From assembly GCA_951406725.2 (NCBI GenBank), contig OX597817.1, positions 110,980,001-111,044,000 on the forward strand: a DNA stretch of 64,000 bases. The letters run 5' to 3'. Origin of the DNA: Octopus vulgaris (taxonomy: Eukaryota). The notes beneath the pieces were generated by a model. It searched no databases. It was not told the DNA's origin and was given only the letters and a program-made list of their open reading frames with translations. Within the stretch, counting starts at the first letter, position 1. Each line of letters opens with the position of its first letter. Shown here in pieces: positions 26,402 to 39,059 of the stretch. Both the position numbers and the translations under genes were made by a program.

Positions 26402-27613
26402 TTGGGTTGGCAACTAAGTTCCTGCCATTTTTTGAAATTTAAATTTAAATAATGTTTTCATCCTTGTTGTTTACAACTTCTTCCCAACGTTCAACAAGAT
26501 TTTCAATACCTTGTTGGTAGAAATCACCAGATTTCGACTCGAAAAATTGATCCAACCAAGCTTTCAATTCCACATCAGTATTGAAAGAAACTCCGCGCAT
26601 AGCATTTGAAAGAGATCAAAAGAGGTGGAAATCCATTGGTGCCAAATCAGTAGAGTATGGCAGGTGTGGCAGCACTTCCCAGCCATTCGTTTGAATGGCT
26701 TCCTTGGTCATATTGGTGATATGAGGGCGGGTGTTGTCATGCAGCACAAATACTCCATGCTCTGCCAATTAGTTCTTTTTTCTTGAGTAGCCGTGTTGAG
26801 TCGTTCCATGTGTTGAACATAGAGTTCCACATTGATCATTTGGTTCCATTCAAGCAATTCGTAATGCATAATCCCTTCCCAGTCTCACCATACACTCAAC
26901 ATCGTTTTACGTGGATGAAGATCTTGTTTCACGTGCAGTGTCGCTTGTTTACCGGGATTAAGCCATTCCTTACTCTACTTCATAGTGATGTACTGGCACC
27001 ATTTTTCATTGCCAGTAATGATTCAGTAAAGAAATTGTTGCTTATGTCCTTGAGTTAAATGGTGACGAACAAGCAAACCAGCAGAGATTGTGGCTCATTG
27101 ATTTTTGTTGTTGTCACTTAAAGCATGCAGAAACCATGCGCCATACTTCTGAACCTTTCCCATCAAGTGAAGATGCTTCTCTACAGCAGTGTGGGAGCAT
27201 TCCATTTTCTCTGCCAGCTCCCTTGTCATTTGACAAGAATTTTTGTGCAAAAGTTGGTTTAATCGCTCTTCATCGAACACAACTGGACAGCCAGAACGAA
27301 GTGTGTCTTTGAGGTCAAAATTTCCATTTTTGAACTTGGCATACCAATCATGAGTGGTTCTTTCAGCTATGTCACCCTCTCCAGCACAAATGTCACAAGC
27401 AACTTTTGTGTCCTTAGAACCTTGGTTGAAAGCAAAATGAAGGTGTCAAAAATGCTCATTTTTCTAACTTGACAAACCAAAATTAACTAAAATTAACTGG
27501 GGGGGGGGAAAAAAAAAAAAAAAAAAAGATTTCAAAATGATTCAAAAATAGAATTCTCGAAAAATAGATTCCAAAATTTAAAAAAAACGGTGTTAACTTA
27601 GTTGCCAACCCGA
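26402..27613 (-). mobile_element. full-length mariner (DD34D) transposon, inactive
   Basis: TIRs ttgggttggcaactaagtt / aacttagttgccaacccga, TA duplications at 26400-26401 and 27614-27615, 1212 bp. Confidence 0.95.
26445..27480 (-). pseudogene. mariner transposase pseudogene
   Basis: Motifs WYAKFKNGNFDLKD..RSGCP, GAWFLHAL (WVPHxL), TGNEKW (TGDEKW), HPRKTMLSVW, HDNTRPH and HLPYSTDLAPMD, with 34 residues between the last two Asp. About six stops plus frameshifts. Confidence 0.95.
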
Positions 27614-28307
27614 TACCATGGCCTTAAAATGGCTCCAGAACTTAGCTCATGTGTTCTTCACTGTGTCCCTTGGTCTAGGCTATCAGCTTGGCCTTGGTGG
27701 AGCAGGCAGAGCAGTTGGTGTCATTCTCAATCATACCCCATTCATAATATTCCATGGGATTATACAAAGGGAAAGTAAGAAGCTAAAATTAGGGCTGGTA
27801 AAGCTGTAGAAGGCATGGCAAGGAGCTGAATCCTGCTGCACACATATGGTCTTCCAGTAGCAACCATTTTCCGATAGCTTTCAGTCCACCATGTCAGCTA
27901 ACTTTTTTCCAGTACAGCTTTAATGTTTATGCTCTCCAGTGCTGCTGACTGTTCACCAGTACATCAAGCTGCTCTAGAAAAAAACGGAGACAAGAAAAAT
28001 ATTGTCAAATTTAGCCTGAACACACTGTATTTACTGGACTCCAGAGAGGGAGATTTTTCTAGATAAAATTTGAACTCAGAACACAAAGAACCAGAAGAGA
28101 CAGTGTAAGGCATCTTGTCTGGCATGAACAACTCCATCAATTTACTACTTTGACTTTGAATTAACACTTTATTCATTGACTCTAAAAGGAAGAAATGCAG
28201 AGTTGATCTTGGTAATATTTGAACTTGGAGGATAGAGAACTGGAATATAAATACCACAAAGTATGATGACTCTGCAAATTTGCTATATCCATCCATTCCA
28301 TATATAC

Positions 28308-28310
<3 letters not shown>

Positions 28311-28363
<53 letters not shown>

Positions 28364-28370
28364 GTGTGTG
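28311..28370. repeat. (TG)n microsatellite
   Basis: Near-perfect TG run. Confidence 0.95.
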
Positions 28371-28786
28371 CATGAGCTGATGGAGAAGACTTTATGTGTT
28401 CACTTGATCTGTTAGAAACAGCAGCTAAATCTCCTTCAAACTGAGCTCTAATGTTATAAAAAATGACACATCAGATAAATTAGTCCTTGAATACACTGCC
28501 TAAATAAAATATAGGATAGTCATGACTGAAATATTTTTAACCATAAGTCTGCTCTAGTAAAAAAAGACTGTTGCTAAACCAGTAGTTTTCAAACTGACAA
28601 ACATCAGATTTATCTTCCCCATCCCTCATAAAGAAAATAAAGTGAAATATTTGCTAGTCTTTTCATGAACAAAGCAACAGTATAGAGTTTGTATCCATAA
28701 AATTCTTTCTTCTTTGCTATGTAGTAGGATGACAAATTTGCCTTTCCACTGATCACTGTGTTAAACAATATGCACACACACGTGTG

Positions 28787-28833
<47 letters not shown>

Positions 28834-28848
28834 ATGTGTGTGTGCATA

Positions 28849-29216
28849 TTCTTTTATTTGTTTCAGTAATTTGACTGCGATCATGCTGGAGCACTACCTT
28901 GAAGGGGTTTAGTCGAACAAATTGACCCCAAGACTTGTTTTTTAGGTGTAGTAGTTATTATATCAGTTTTTTTGCTGAACCGTCAAGTTATGGGGATGTA
29001 AACACACCAACACCAGTTGTCAAGTGGTGCTGAAGAAACAAACACAAAGACACACACACACACGACGGTCTTCTTTCAGTTTCTGTCTACCAAATCCACT
29101 CACAAAGCTTTGGTCGGCCCAAGGCTGTAGTAAAAAACATACAAGGTGCCATACAACAGGATTGAACCCGGAATCATGTGGTTGGAAAGCAAGCTTCTTT
29201 ACCACACAGCCATGCC
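28849..29216 (-). mobile_element. SINE family A
   Basis: Complete reverse-complement copy next to a (TA)n(TG)n microsatellite. Confidence 0.9.
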
Positions 29217-30769
29217 ACAAATACACACACACATACACACATGCATTTACATATATAGGGGGAGAGAGAGAAAGAGACTTTAAACTGCTTTGATAATTAG
29301 AAAATGTTTGATTGATTCATATATTTATTCCAATTCACTTCACTAAAATGTAGAATAATTTCTCTGGTATGTATTTCATTTCATGTATGGTTGTTTCCAT
29401 GTGAGGTCTTTTGTGTGTCTAAACTTTAATTAGGTAATTTAAATTTTTTAATTTCATGAGCCAACAGTTAGAGAGAAATTAAAAATTAGTGGTGGATGGG
29501 GTTGTTACCTGGCTGCCTCCAGCATTAATAAAGAAAAAGTTTTCTGGAAAAAAAGAAAAAGAAAAAAGAAATAGAAAAGTTGAAATATTTTATCTGTTTA
29601 CTCTCTTATTCACTGATGCACCATATTCAGCAAATTCTTTAACATTCCCATTTATACCAGAAGAATGAAAGAGCTACTCTTGTTCCACTTGTTAGAACCT
29701 TTATTTTATTCCCCCTAATCCGCTGACTTTTCCTCCCCATCTCCCTATTCACAGTTATGCCCCCTGATCCTTGTGATGCGTACATCAGTACACAAAATCT
29801 TATGACAGCTTCATTGATCAAAGAGTTTTGCTACAAGTGATTCATCCTCAAATTGAATGGTGTTGAGTCATTTATGTTTTGATAAACTTTACACGGTATG
29901 ATTCTATGGCTTACTTAGTCAAACTCTGCTAATATCCATTTATGGCATCTGTAAAGCATTATCTGTTGACAATGGGGAAACTTTAGTCTGCATATTCAGT
30001 TGCTCGCCAAGTATTGTATTTGACAACTGTTGTTGCAATTTGCACAAACCAAAGCTCACTACCCTCACCACTTCACCATCAAACATTATTATTTTATTTT
30101 CTTGACATTTGAACTGCAGTTGTACATTAAGCATGGTTCAGTGGCGTTGGAAGATTCAAATCTTTTACATCAAGTCTATTCATATTTCCTTTCCTTTGCA
30201 AGTTTGTCATTATGCTCTTGTTGTTGTTGTTTAAAATAAATAATGATAATGGCTGTTGTTATTAATGTGAATATGTTTCCTTGATTTGTGTAACAAAAGT
30301 ATATTGTTATAGATAAATATTTATGCCAAGTTTTTTAATAAATTATAATGGCCAGTTTCATTACCTTTCTGAAAACAATTTAGGGGGACTGTTATCCTCT
30401 CTTTCCTTCTTTGGGTAATTTTTGCATCGTATATATATATTTTATTGTGTATTTATTACATAGTCTTTGTTGCTAGAAAAATTGGTTTTAATTAAAATCA
30501 AATTTCAAATTAAGAGTGGGGAATAAATTATATGTATATACATGTATATTTAAAAAAAAAAAAAAATCTTCTAAAATTTTCTTTTGACCTTCCTACCAAC
30601 TGAAAATTATAAGGTTTAACATTCCCTATGATGTATGTTATTTTACCATAAATATTATCTGTACCATCATTGACAGTCATTTCAACTAGCACCAATATTA
30701 CTGCTATCTCTAATAGCAATAACAATTAGCTGAGCTAAGTTGCTAAACGTTCTACATGAGTCTCTCATT

Positions 30770-31435
30770 TTATTGACCCTTTGATGGGACTTGAATTCAG
30801 AATGTAGAGGATTGGACTTAGATTATTATTGTAGGGCTGTGTCACTGATTTTGTAACTTTGGCACAAAATTCCATTTCTGTATGACAGGTATTTGGGATT
30901 AAATTAATCCCAGTCCCCAGTAAATACTTATTTTGTTGAACCCAGAAGAATGGAAGAAGTGACCCAGGAAAGTTTTGAACTCACAACAGCATAGTATATA
31001 GTCTGGCAGTCCATTATTTCTGTCACTCCAGTAATAATAATCATTATTATTTGTAATATAGACACAAGTTGGCAATTTTGGTTGTAGGGACTAGTCATTT
31101 ACATTGCCCCTACTACATACTTTTATTTTATCAACCCCAGAGAGATGAAAAGCAAAGTTGACTTTACTGGGATTTGAACTCTGAATGTAAAGTGCCAGGT
31201 GGCAGCGGTGGCAGAGGCGGCAGCAATTTCAAATTTTTGCATCAAGGGCAGCTTAGGTGGGGATGAGTCGATTACATTGACCCCAGTGTTCAACTGGTAC
31301 TTATTTTATTGACCCCCAAATGAATGAAAGGCAAAGTCAACCGTGGCAGAATTTAAACTCAGAACATAGGGATGGACAAAATGTCAGTAAGCATTTTGCC
31401 TGACATGCTAATGATTCTGCAAGTTTGCTGCCTTT
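30770..31435 (-). mobile_element. cluster of same-orientation family F SINE copies
   Basis: Repeated ttttatt/caacccc...gaaaggcaaagt...tttgaactcagaa units at ~30770, ~30930, ~31130 and ~31310. Confidence 0.8.
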
Positions 31436-33832
31436 ATTATTAAAATCTATATGATTATCACTTCTGGTTCGATCATTTGTAAACTGTTTAGAATGGAATC
31501 TGAGAAAATTCTGAATATAGTTTCTAAGAGAAAGACATTTGCTTGCATATTCAACTTTACTCAATATTTGTGAACTGCAATTATATATAAAGCTTGATTC
31601 AGTAGACTTAGAAAATTTAAATTTAGTAGGAACTAAAATTGAAATGAAGATTTTGTATGACCTGCTATTTAAAACTTTTTCTTAATTATCTCACAAAATT
31701 AAGCTAATCACAAGTGTCACCCATCTCATATGTAATGTTTTCCTTTGGGATGTGTAGTTAGCTGAATATGGTTTTGAGGATAGCAGGATCCTTATCACTA
31801 ACTCCCCATGACATCTGGATTTACTGTAAAATTAGAAAGTAGACAGACAGCAGATAGACAGACAGAACAATTTTTTACGTGACATGGAAAGTTTATTGTT
31901 TTATTTCAGTAACAGTGATTATACCTAAGGTAGGAGGTTTACACTTATACATACGCTTCCCTCTATGGCTGATCTTGCAAATAAAATGTAATTTATTTTT
32001 AACCAAGAATGAATAAAACAAAAACAGAAAGAAACTGGAGGATAGAAAGCTAGTTCAGTGATATATGACTGCATAAAGATATATAGATATATGTGCAGGG
32101 ATGAGAGAAAGAAAGAGAGAGCAAAAGAGTATGTTCTGTATGTTTGAATGGAAGCCGCATGTTAGAATTTTGTTGTGTAAAGAGAACCCATTTTCATTTA
32201 ATTTCTACTGTTTCAGTTCTGTTCATTTAATAATAATGAAAAAAAAATTTTTTTAATGAGAAAAAAATTTTGACATCAGTTTTGCTAGATTTATTATAGC
32301 AGGTGTTCTACAGATGATAGTTTTCTATGAAGCTGACAATTACCAGAAGTAACATTTTCATTTTCTAGTTTGAGGCCTGTGGAAGGTCAAGTTATTATAA
32401 TTGTTGACAGAATTGTAAACCTCTAATGTGGTGTATAGTTACTTACCTCCCACCCCTGAACCTAACTGCAAACTTCCAGTTACATATACCATTATGTGAA
32501 AATGATAAAAGAGAAAATTGTTTTAATTTTTGTTACAAAAACACACTTGTTGGTAACAAAGCTTTGATTTGTATATAAACATACAACACTGGTATATGAC
32601 AAACCAGAGAGGAACACTCTACAGTTGCTTTGAATAAAAGCCAAATTTCTTCCATATATTACCTTGTCATCTTATAACAAAGACAGGATGGTCGTAGCTA
32701 GAAAAAGACAGGATGGTCATGGCTAGAAAGCCTTTGATCATAGATCTGTTTGATCACAACTGACCTGAGAGCTAAACAACAACAACAGCTTACATTTGAG
32801 ATTACTTGTACCTAATCATTCTATCACTCATCCATCCATTCTCATCATTACCATTGATCCCTGCTTTCATCTTTTCTTAATGCTAGCATGAATTTGATGG
32901 ATTTGCAAAATAGCTTCATTTCAAGCAATCATTTCCTTCATCATCAAATCTGACAGATGTAATCTGATAATTTGTCTGCTAAACACTACTTTCCCTTCTA
33001 CCCACATATAACTGAAATATATTTTGAATACATAGTTTAATATTCAAGTCAGTAATGTTCCAGCTTGGTTAGAACCACACTGGTCCAAATAATATATTAA
33101 ATAAAAAACTATAATAGAACCATTACATGGTACTCACTCAACCTGCTAGAAATAGCAGCTGAATCACTTTCAGATCACATTCTACATTGATTAATACAAT
33201 TCTAAATTCATAGCTTGAAAAAAATTAAGTAAAAATAAATAGAAATAACAGATTGTTTGAATGGTTATGACTGGAATACTTTTGATTGTGGAAGTGATCA
33301 GTCAGTACTGACCTAGAACTAAATATCAACATTATACTCAGTTCAACTCAAGTCAAATAAATGACTGACCGTAATTCTTTTGTCTTCATCGTCAATGCTT
33401 CATTATTGTACATCATCACACTTCTGACTCATACAACATAGATATCAGTACACTAAATTTAAGTCAAATAAATAACGGAGCTCATCTATTACCTCTAACA
33501 AGCTGCCCTGCCAAAGTAAGCCATGTTCTTCAGTTTATGATTGTTCATACTGAATTGTTCCAAACTAAGTGTCTCAGTTAAACTGTATTGTCTCTTGTTA
33601 ATCTTTGAAATCCTGCTGTTCTCTTGAATCTGGTAGCTGTCAACTTTTTCTCTGAATTTCTTGCTTGCTAGTGTACCTTCTGGATCTTGACAGCCCTTAA
33701 ACTTCTTCTATTCAAACTTTAAGTTTCTCTTTTGATTTTTACTTTGATGACCAGGTTTTACATAATTTAGTTCTAATTCTCTTAATTTTTTGCATAATGG
33801 CTTCAGAAAAAAATTATGAAATATGAAATAGT

Positions 33833-34263
33833 CACAGGTGTAGCTGTGCAGTTAAGAAGCTTGTTACCCAACCATTTGGTTTTTGGTTTATTCCTATTGC
33901 ATGGCACTTTGGACAAGTGTCTTCTGATATAGGCCCGGGGTGACTAAAGCTTTGTGTGTGAATTCATTTGATGGAAACTGGAAGAAACCTGTAGTGTGTG
34001 TGTGTGCGTGTGTGCTTGTGTGCTTGTGCATATGCACACATTTGTCTGGAAATCACATGGTGGTTGTAAATGAACATCATCATCATACAAGTGAGGTTGC
34101 TCATTTCAGTCTTCTGTGAAAACATGTCTGGCCTTAGTAAAATATTACAATGCTTGGAAATAGGTGAAGGTTAGCAGCCAACCATAGAAAATCTGCCTCA
34201 ACAAATTCCATTTGACCCATACAAGCATGAAAAAGTGGACATCAAATGATGTTGATGATGATG
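33833..34263 (+). mobile_element. SINE family A2
   Basis: A head and core, (TG)n, tail atagaaaatctgcctcaac...gacccatacaagcatgaaaaagtggacatcaaatgatgttgatgatgatg. Confidence 0.85.
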
Positions 34264-34904
34264 AGATGACTGTAACAATAAGTACTGTCAAAAAGATGCT
34301 AGACGTTGAGCTCTCCTCTTAATTTACCACTGATTTTGTCTTTAGTTTTTGTTCCTATTATACAGACAGTGAATGGCCAATCATGCATTTTTAGCTTCCT
34401 CTCTGATCATCTAACTAAAGAACATGAGATCAGTAAACTTCTGTAGACCAACAGTTTCTACAAAAGTTGTGTGTAGTTTATCAGTTATTTCTGCTACTGA
34501 CACATAGGAATGAGGCATTCACATTTATGGTACTTTATCCCCAAAATAAACTGCATTCATCATATTTTGATGCTGACTTTCTTTAATTTAGATTAGACTT
34601 TCTACATTGCCATTATTATTTGTCTAGAAATGATACTGCTATGCCCCCTGTATTATTATTTTTGTTTGATCAGCTACTAAGGCAAAGTTTCATTTCAATT
34701 TTATAGTTTTGTATAGTATTATAAATATTTTTAGCACTGTTGGCAGTACTCTCGTAATACCAGTTTATTTCCTCTGAGTCTTTACATAGAGTTATATTTT
34801 GAATTCTTTTCTTTTTTAATATATTATATAACTATGTCTGTAATTGGTTTGTTCTCAAACGTAGTATTTATTAAAAAAGTACAGGTACACTGACTTTCCT
34901 AACA

Positions 34905-35175
34905 CTGATGGTCTGGAAGCTCTTATAACACTGTGTAACATGATTTTTGTCCTTGGGTAGTAACTGTTATTTCCTATTTGCTTACCAGAAAGCATGAAAA
35001 ATGGTTAATATTCCCTTCAAATTTTGCTTTTGTTACATTTATTCATATCCCAAAGAATCCCTCTCAACACATGGCTATGATGACCATGATCAGAGATGCA
35101 CATATTGTCAGCCACTAAGGAATATGCTCAAGTAGTTAAGGTCAAGCAACTAACAAGCAAATCTGTGGTATTGAG
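34905..35175 (-). mobile_element. repeat family H fragment
   Basis: ccaaagaatccctctcaacacatggctatgatg...tgatcagagatgcacatat...cagccactaagg, shared with 50530-50625. Confidence 0.7.
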
Positions 35176-35740
35176 ATATTTCTGCTATAATGATATTTCT
35201 GCTTCAGCAACTCAGCACAGAATCACTTTTAAATGTAATGGAAAAATAGGTCAGTTTCAAAGCATTGATGTCCAGGTCACAAAAGCAGAGTTTGAAGGGA
35301 ATAGTAGTCATTTCTTTTGATTTCTAGATAGAAGCAAATAGGAAATAGCACTTGCTGACCAAAGACAAAAACAAAAAATAAAAATTTTGTTACATAGTGT
35401 AATCTGCAATAATTTAGAATCTCTAATTCCCACAGTCACCTGACAAGTTTACTGGTACCTTGCTCAATAAAGTTTTAATAAACTTGTATCTGTTATACTA
35501 ATGTACTTGTATCTGTATTTCATTTAATCTTTTTGAAGTAAATTTAACATTTGTTTAATTTAGAGGTAGACACCTCTAGTTTAGAAAAATCTGTAATCTG
35601 GAATGGTTGTTTCTTGTGATTAATCTAAAACTTGCTTAAACTTCAGTCTTTTAGATTCACATTGCACTACCACATTGAATTGATGGTACTGTATTTTGTA
35701 TTGTCAATCTACAACTGCTTCACACCAGAAAGGAATTAGA

Positions 35741-36320
35741 TCATCATCATCGTCATTTAACTTCCACTTTCCATGCTGGCATGGGTTTGACAGTTTGGCT
35801 GGAGCTGATAAACTGAAGAGCTGCACCAGGTTCCAGTCTAATTTAGCATAGGAGGCGCAATGGCCCAGTGGTTAGGGCAGCGGACTCGCAGTCATAGGAT
35901 TGCGGTTTCGATTCCCAGACCGGGCGTTGTGAGTGTTTATTGAGCGAAAACACCTAAAAGCTCCACGAGGCTCCGGCAGGGGATGGTGGTGATCCCTGCT
36001 GTACTCTTTCACCACAACTTTCTCTCACTCTTACTTCCTGTTTCTGTTGTACCTGTATTTCAAGGGGCCGGCCTTGTCACTCTGAATATCCCCGAGAACT
36101 ACGTTAAGGGTGCACGTGTCTGTAGAGTGCTCAGCCACTTACACGTTAATTTCACGAGCAGGCTGTTCCGTTGATTCGGATCAACTGGAACCCTCATCGT
36201 CGTAACCGACGGAGTGCTAAAGAAGGAATTTAGCATGGTTTCTGTGGCTGGATGCCCTTCTTAATGCTAACCACTCTAGGAGTGTAATGGGTATTTTTAC
36301 ATGTCACCAGCTCAGGTGTC
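35741..36320 (-). mobile_element. RTE-type 3' end interrupted by a SINE
   Basis: (CAT)n...ttccatgctggcatggg...ggctggatgcccttc...accact is the reverse complement of the RTE 3' UTR at 44620-44755. Confidence 0.85.
35850..36226 (+). mobile_element. young tRNA(Arg)-like SINE with 10-bp TSD
   Basis: A box tggcccagtgg, anticodon-like gactcgcagtc, B box ggtttcgattccc. CpG-rich. TSD aatttagcat at 35840-35849 and 36227-36236. Confidence 0.92.
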
Positions 36321-36599
36321 ATTTACTTGACACTGGCAATGACCACAACTACAATTCATGGGTGCCATATATAATATATATATCATCATGATTTAACGTC
36401 CACTTTCCATGCTGGCATAGGTTGGACGGTTATATATATATAAATTCAGCCACATCAATCTCCAAAATCTTGTGCCACCAAAACTAAATTCTTTGATATA
36501 TATTTCTCTTTTTAAGACAGTAAGGTAAGGTGCACTTAGAATGTGATTTGGTCATTATTCCTAGCAGGTCAAGTGACCATATAATTGCTCCTTAACTAA

Positions 36600-37660
36600 G
36601 AAAATCAAGTCATATCACAAAAATTCCTCACACACTTGACAAAATCTAAAACAGTTCAAAGAAACTCATTATTGTTATTACTAACCTATACATTACCTTT
36701 TCCAACCCACAATATAGATCCACACCATCATATTCAGTCGACTACTTTGGCAATAAACAAAAACCCTTGTGACCGTTGTAACTATCACTGTTATCAGCAA
36801 AGTCATTCCTTACTGGCCACTCATAAATCAAATACAGATCACTGGTATAAGAATCAACACAAATAGCTCTCAGGTTGCTACTTCTCAATAGAGTACAATA
36901 GCAACATGTCTACAACTTAATTTCTCAAACAGGAATTCATTTCTCCTATTTTTAACCCAGACTGCTACTGATTAAAACAGATCTAATTTCTAATCTGTCT
37001 AATCTGTCTATGAATATCCCCTTCTCCCCACTAAACATACATATAGTTCCATATGCAGACATCATGATTATCTCTTCCCGCTGTTCCCAAGATGTAGCTA
37101 CTCAATCACCAAGGGACTAGGTGCCAAAATATTAGTGTTAACGTAGAATTTGCCAAATGTTATTATCTTCTTTGTTGGTAGCGATGTTAACTAACAACAA
37201 ATATATCCAGCCATTACACTCAGCAACATAAACATGCCACATAGAGGGAAGACAAAAATATTAGCAATTACCTGCAACACCTTATCAATAATACTCATGC
37301 CATACATAACAAAAAGGCAAAGCACAGTACAAATACAGAGCACTTGGTGGAATTACATGTAGAAAATACAAAGAAACAACACTAATGTACAAATGATATA
37401 TCAGACATGTCATATTAATCCTACCTGAGACCCCTAAATTATATAAAACTATGAAGATTACAATATACTGTACTTTGCACCATTGGATGATATGCACAGA
37501 CCACACCCATAGACCAATTACACAGTGAAATATAAATGCTCAAAATGAATGCCCAACACTCCAGAATATTATTACCGTATCATCATAAGAATACTATCCT
37601 TCCCATTCAGTCCAGACAAACACATAAAAACAGATGTATGGAAATGTAGCAGGAAAATCA
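36600..37660 (+). mobile_element. highly degraded non-LTR retrotransposon RT region
   Basis: A/C-rich strand bias. IVPYADIMII at ~37043-37072 resembles the YADD motif. Boundaries approximate. Confidence 0.4.
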
Positions 37661-38589
37661 ATAACAACATTGATCTTATACTCTATACTTGTATACACAT
37701 TGCTAGTAGTAAGGGAGATAAGTGTCTGAAGCTGTATTTCCTATGGTCATCACTGGAACCTAAAAGCACACAAAGTTCTGCTTGATCAAGGCTGACCTGA
37801 GGCTTAACAACAGTAACAGCTTTCAGAGTTGAGAGAATACAGCATGCACTAATTGTTACACTGTACATCATATAGCAAACCATAGCCTGTGGTTCTCCAC
37901 CAGGTGGAGACTTGGTATATCTGGTGCAGTTGGATTGTGAACTACACGAAACTGTTTAATCAATGGCCTACATGCCAAAAGTTTGAGTAGCACTGCTATA
38001 TAACAATTAAACCACTATGAAACTCTTAACTCATATTAAACAGGTTCCTTAAATAACAGGTTTTATTTATGTAATGTTTGTTGCTAGACTTGCAATAGAT
38101 ATTTGATTGAGTCTCATTGGTTTGCCTGTTGCTTTTTCCTATCTCAAATTGCTACTTATAATGTCTAAGACTGAATATAATTTGAAGTTCTCCCTCTGTT
38201 CTGTTAGTATATATATATATATTTTTTGGATCTTCACTTGACTGCTTTTTTTCTTGTCATTACATTGAAGTTGTAGCAACACTAGCCAAAATACTCTATA
38301 CATTGTTACAGTGTCATGTACAGTTGAATTCTGGTAATACTTGGATGTTGTCTAACTTATAAGGAAAAAATAAAAGCTTATTTTCATTCAATAATTCAAA
38401 GAATAAAATCTAGAGTTTATAGTTTAAAGAATCCTTTCATTAATTATCCCAACCATAACTACTTTCCTGGAATGTAGAGTAGGAAATATTGGATCGAGTC
38501 AGAACATTTCTCCAGAACATTTTTTTCTATTTCTTGCATTTACTGAAGGTGGAATGTTATCCTTGGATTTATATGATGTTTCATCATTA

Positions 38590-39000
38590 TTGGTAAGGCA
38601 GTAACCAAGCAGTAGCATTTCATCTGTCTTTATGTTCTGAGTTCAATTTCTGATGAGGTTGATTTTGCCTTTCATTCTTTTGGGTTTGATAAAATAAGTA
38701 CCAGGGGTCAATTTAATCAACTTACCCTTTCCCCTGAAATTGCTGGCATTGTGCCAAAATTTGAAACCATTTTTATCATCATCATCATCATTGGTGAGCT
38801 GGCAGAATTGTTAGCATGTTGGATAAAATGCTTAGCAACACGTCTTCCTGTTCTTTGCATTCTGAGTTCAAAATCTACTGGAGTAAATTTTGCCTTTCAT
38901 CCTTATGGCGGTTGGGGTCAATAAAATAAGGTATCATCCAAGTATTGGAGCTGATATAACTGACTTGCCCCTTCCCCTCAAAATTGCTGGCCTTGTGCCA
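38590..39000 (+). mobile_element. two tandem family F SINEs
   Basis: Two successive gttctgagttca...gcctttcat...aaattgctggc(a/c)ttgtgcca units separated by (CAT)n. Confidence 0.85.
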
Positions 39001-39059
39001 AATCACACAGTACCCAATATTGTGATGTGCTAGATTAAAGATATTGGGTGTACCAGGGA

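Larger units (their letters stand above)
26250..27880 (-). mobile_element. DD37D (maT-type) element fragment split by the mariner insertion
   Basis: 26250-26400 and 27616-27880 are colinear with 9827-10290 (ttactcaaag...ttcagcttc | ccatggcctt...atggctcc). ATGRPYVxQQDSAPCH on the minus strand near 27810-27870. Terminus ta-cagagtg. Confidence 0.8.

Noticed and set aside
35851-35922. tRNA-Arg-like sequence (also other SINE heads)
   Set aside because: Continues into a SINE body flanked by a TSD, and the acceptor stem is not intact. Not a tRNA gene.
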